Source of the DNA: Azolla caroliniana
Lineage: Eukaryota > Plantae > Polypodiophyta
Direction: 5' to 3'
DNA: 64,000 bases
NCBI GenBank assembly: GCA_043228905.1
Contig: JBHGNT010000001.1
Location: 5,704,001-5,768,000 of the forward strand
Below, one piece after another: positions 59,751 through 64,000 of this stretch (positions within the stretch are counted from its first letter, which is position 1; each line of letters starts with the position of its first letter). The notes beneath the pieces are model-generated. The model had not been told where the DNA came from, made no database searches, and worked only from the letters and a program-made list of their open reading frames with translations. The translations under genes were made by a program, and so were the position numbers.

Positions 59751-62700
59751 TGTCGTGCAGATTTTCGTCCATAGGCAGAAACCGGGGTGGAAGGGGCAAG
59801 TCGGTGGTGTGCAACATGTGCACATGTATACTAGGATATGGTGTATAGAGAGAGAAGGGGAAATTTTTGTCCCACATTGTAAGGTCCCTCCCTCCTTGGG
59901 CTATAAAAGGAAGGAAGGGGTCACTTATGAAGGGGTTGCCTATTTTGCGTATGAGAGGTATACCACTTAGCCTAGAGTTCTTACCGTTTTAGGGTTAGGG
60001 TTTCCTTATTCATCTTCGGTTAGGGTTTTCTCATAGTCGTTGGGTGCGGCCCATGTGGCCACCATTGTTGTAACCATTCGTTGTTTTAATATAACTTGTT
60101 GAACATCTTGCCTCCGCCGATCTCTCCTTCTATGTCGTGGTCTTATTCTTTCCTCTTCTCCTCTTGAGCTAAGCCTCCATATCATGTCCTATTCTTTCTC
60201 CTCCACTCCCTAGTCCGAGACCCCGGTGGTCCCGACCCTTCTACACGTACGCGCGTAACAACGCGACATATTTGGTGAACCCGACGTGAAGGGCGGCAAG
60301 GGAGCATGGAGATGGAAGAAGACTTGGACTTCGAGGAGATGATGGCAAAAATCGTGATGGAAGCCGGACGGAAAATGGCGAAGCGAGATGCGGCTCAACA
60401 AGCCATCGAAAGGGTGGTCGATCGAGTCGGCCGATTCAATGGGTACGATGTCCCGAGGTTCTTTTAAGCGTATGAGGCCGAGATGGCGAAAGGGGGCGTG
60501 GACGAGGAGATGCGGCTAGAGTATTTTCCTCGACTGGCGGCCGCATCGGTGCACAAGGAGGTCAAGGAGCTACGAGAAGCTCACGAGTCGTGGGTGTCCT
60601 TGGAGGTAGCCCTATTGGAAGCGTGCGGATACGCGAAATCGGAGTGGGTATGCCGGCGACCCGATGGGGAGTGGTCGGCAACAACGTGGCCCGCGAGCGG
60701 CAGAGAAGAGAGAGCGGCGAGTGAGTACGCACTACCGCCGGAAGAGAGCTCAACGCAAAACGGTTCGGAGGAGCTCGACCTAGAAGCGCTAATACGAGAG
60801 GCATGCGAGCTTGTGAAGGCGAAAATCAGAGCCGAAGAAGGGCTTACACACACCGGTCCTAGAGACTCTGGCATCCGGCCCGAGAGCCGGTGTGAGACCT
60901 AGAGTGACGGACGGTGGCGGCGGCAATGCGGGCAACCGAGACGACGGCATGGGAGAGATGGTGGCAAGCGTAATCGAGGTTTGCGGAATCGGAGATGGGG
61001 TAGCCGCGGACAACGACGACCGGACGGAAGCGGCTACTGACACAACAAGTGGCGGTGCCGGGTCCTTACCCACACCGGTCCTAGAGGCTCCGGCGGCCGG
61101 CCCGAGTGCCGGCATGAGACCTAGAGCGACGGGCGGTGGCGGCGGCAAGGCGGCCTACCATGGCGACGAAGAGAACGAGGAAAAGATAGCCACGGACCAC
61201 GGCGTCCGAACGAAGGTGGCTACGAACATGGCATCGGCGAGTAATGGTATCGGGACTTTTCCCACACCTATTCAAGAGACTTCGGCAGTCGGCCCCGAGA
61301 GCCCACGTGAGACCGGAGAGAAGGGCGGTGGCCGTGAGGAGGTGTGGCCCGGAGCGAACACGTACGAAGATGAGGATGCGAGGCCCGGAACGGGAATATA
61401 CGAGAGGACCGACGGAGAGGTCGGGAGCGGCAAAGAGGAGAGAGTCAGGAACCGACCCGACCGGAAGATGGACCGGTCGATAATCCGACATGACCGGAAG
61501 ACGACGCGGAAGAACATTGGAGCGGGGTCTGGTCAACCGGGCCCGAACCGAAGAAGAGCTGGCAAGGTCGGATTTGTTCGGACAAACATCTACCGGCCGG
61601 TTACGATTACGGAAGGGAGCCGACCTAACCGGAACTCGATCGTCCGAGACCGATCCGGGCGAAGGCAAAGTTGACACGGTTGGAGGTCGAGGCGAACGGG
61701 CCACAACACCCGGTGGGAGCCGGTGAGCGCGAGAAGGATGCTAACCGGGCACGGTGATTACGGCTTGGCAGAAGACCGAGAGCGAGAGGAGCCCTCCACA
61801 TCTATCCTTGAGACTTCGGCGGTTGCTGATCAACATAAGACCGGAGACACGACGGGTGGCGGCGAGGAGTCGGAGACCGGAACTGACGAGGCCACTAGAA
61901 CGGGTACCCGGTGCGTGAAGACGGATGAGCACGGCCAAGACGGCAAGCCGGAGTCGAAAGGGGCTATAGCAAGAAAGGACGAAGAGACCGACGCGGAGGT
62001 CGGGTCTACGACGGATGAGGTGCGTAATACGAAGTATGCACTACGGCGTAAAACGGAGCAGGCACTACGGCCAGCGAAGGGCCAAGAAGTAAGCATGCAC
62101 CCGGAAGAGCGGCAACGAGTGACCGACAACGATGGACCTGTCGAGCCTTTGAGAGACAAGCACGCGGCGAGAGATGAAGCCGTAAGGTGCCGAGATCGGC
62201 GGATGGGTGGCGAGAGTGAAGGATGGTGCGCGGAGAACAACGGGGTACACACCGGGAAGAGAAAACGCAGCGGCTTCCCGGAGGACATACAAGGCCAAGC
62301 GGGCCAAGAGGGCGCAAGCCGAGGCGAGGCGGTAATGAGAGCCTCGAGGGACACCGACACGGAGGTCGGGAGGACGGTACGCTCTACGGTGAGAGAGCAC
62401 GACGGGCAAAGGAGAGGCAAGGAACGCGGAATGGGGTCGCCTAAGGGCCAAAGAATGAGCGCATATTCGGGGGACAACATCGGCGCACGAGAAGAGCCCA
62501 TGGAAGGCAAGCGCGGAGCAGGAAGAGTCGACACGCCGAGGTGTTCGGCATGCGGAGACGATAAAACCAAAGGAGGAACATACGCGGCACGAAAAGGGCG
62601 GAATCCGGAGTACGATCGGAGAGTTCAGGAGCGCACCCGGAGGACATACGAGCCTTTGCGAGGAATGCGCGCGGCGAGAGATGGAGCGGTGAGGTGCCGG

Positions 62701-63610
62701 TATCGGCGGATGATCGACGAGCGTGAAAGGCTATGTCTTGAGAACCGGAGGAGGTGCGTGGAGAGCAACGGGCTACGCGCCGGGAAGAGGAAGCACGACT
62801 TCCCGGAAGGCATGCGAGGCCAAGCGGGCCAAGAGGACGAGAGTCAGGATGAAGCGGTAACGGGAGTCGCGAAGGACATTGACATGGTGGTCGGGATGAC
62901 GGTACGCTCTACGGCAAGAGAGCACGACGAGCAAGGGAGAAGCAAGGAGCGCGTAATGGGGTCACGTAAGGACCGAAGAACGAGCACGCATTTGATGGAC
63001 GACAACGACGCACGGAAAGTGCCTACGGAAGCCGAGTGCAGAACGAAGGGAGTCGGTACGAGGTGTTCGGGGCGAGGAGAAGGTCGAGCCGGAGGTGGAA
63101 CACACGCGATACGCGAGGAGCGGCACCCGACGAGCAATCGAAGTAATCGGGGGTCTAACCGGAGGACATGCGCGGTGAGCGAAGGAAGGGAGACAGGATC
63201 GGCAACGGTGTTCGGGATGGCCAGTCGAAGAAGAAGGTGCGTGCGCTGGACGTGGTGGATCGGATGGAGCTGGCGGGTCGGGGCCGGTAAGGAGCTGGCA
63301 AGACGGATCGGCTCCGGCAAGGGACCGGCAAGAAGGTTGGGTGCTGGTAAGGCGAAAGACCCGGTTGATCACCGTGGCCGAAATCTCTCACCCTTTTCCC
63401 TTCTTGGCACATACCGGTGGATGTGCAGTTTGGTGGGGGTGGATGTCGTGAAGATTTTCGTCCATAGGCGGAAACCGGGGTGGAAGGGGCAAGTCGGTGG
63501 TGTGCAACATGTGCACATGTATACTAGGATATGGTGTATAGAGAGAGAAGGGGAAATTTTTGTCCCAGTTTGTAAGGTCCCTCCCTCCTTGGGCTATAAA
63601 AGGAAGGGGA
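59751..63610 (+). mobile_element. Non-autonomous element I (sister of E): 5' LTR 59751-60268, PBS 60273-60290, disrupted Gag-N/repeat ORF from 60306, 3' LTR from 63444 truncated at ~63610
   Basis: LTR and interior colinear with E; stop at ~60465 and frameshifts; a deletion joins the partial 3' LTR to the pre-integrase region of H. Confidence 0.88.
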
Positions 63611-64000
63611 AGAAGTTTCCGAAGACTACTTTGCGTCGGAGCACATATGCCGAGTGAACGTAATCCGAGAATTCCGGGAAGAAGAATACGAGGGAGAAAG
63701 CTTGATGATCGGAAAGATGTTACAAGAGGCCAAGGACTCAACAAACGATAAAGGAAGAAGAGCTGAGATCCGAAGGAAGAAGAGGCAAGTCCAAAAGTTC
63801 TTCTTGGAAAACGGATTAATATGGAGGGCGCCGAAAAGACCGGATGGTATACCACTTCGAGTAGTCGGGACAAAATAGCAACGAAACTGGATAATGTCTG
63901 AGTTTCACGAATCCAATTGGGCTGGACACCGAGGAACATGGGCAACATTTGTGAAGATCAAGCAAAAATATTGGTGGAAGAAAATGTACAAAGATGTCGC

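Larger units (their letters stand above)
55443..64000 (+). mobile_element. Second helper-type tRNA-Trp-primed Ty3/gypsy element H (divergent from C); AT-rich 5' LTR ~55443-56162; interrupted by I; runs off the window
   Basis: LTR ends GCACGACA; PBS 56167-56183; gag-PR-RT to 59750; integrase zinc-finger region (FHESNWAGHRGTWATF) resumes after ~63611. LTR start is inferred. Confidence 0.85.

Overview
Land-plant nuclear DNA; a non-seed plant such as a fern is an inference from the retroelement types. The first ~15.8 kb is AT-rich and holds two convergent spliced genes: a 3-ketodihydrosphingosine reductase-like SDR (+, 4 exons) and a GRP7/8-type glycine-rich RNA-binding protein (-, 2 exons). Two copies of a 313-bp Mutator-type MITE lie in this part. 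From ~15.9 kb to the end is one deeply nested transposon stack, resolved here by termini and target-site duplications (TSDs). It contains a split chromovirus solo LTR, a hAT element stretched to 30 kb, three Ty1/copia elements (one nearly intact), two chromoviral Ty3/gypsy remnants, a LINE 3' end and several solo LTRs. The main signal is a GC-rich, tRNA-Trp-primed Ty3/gypsy family. It has helper-type copies in which Gag-protease is joined to RT-RNaseH-integrase by a predicted -1 frameshift (slippery site, 6-nt spacer, H-type pseudoknot, conserved in two divergent copies). It also has pol-less partners carrying a Gag N-terminus fused to a ~900-aa repetitive ORF. The family makes 4-bp TSDs centred on CpG. 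All alignments and RNA pairings were done by eye; no database search was run.
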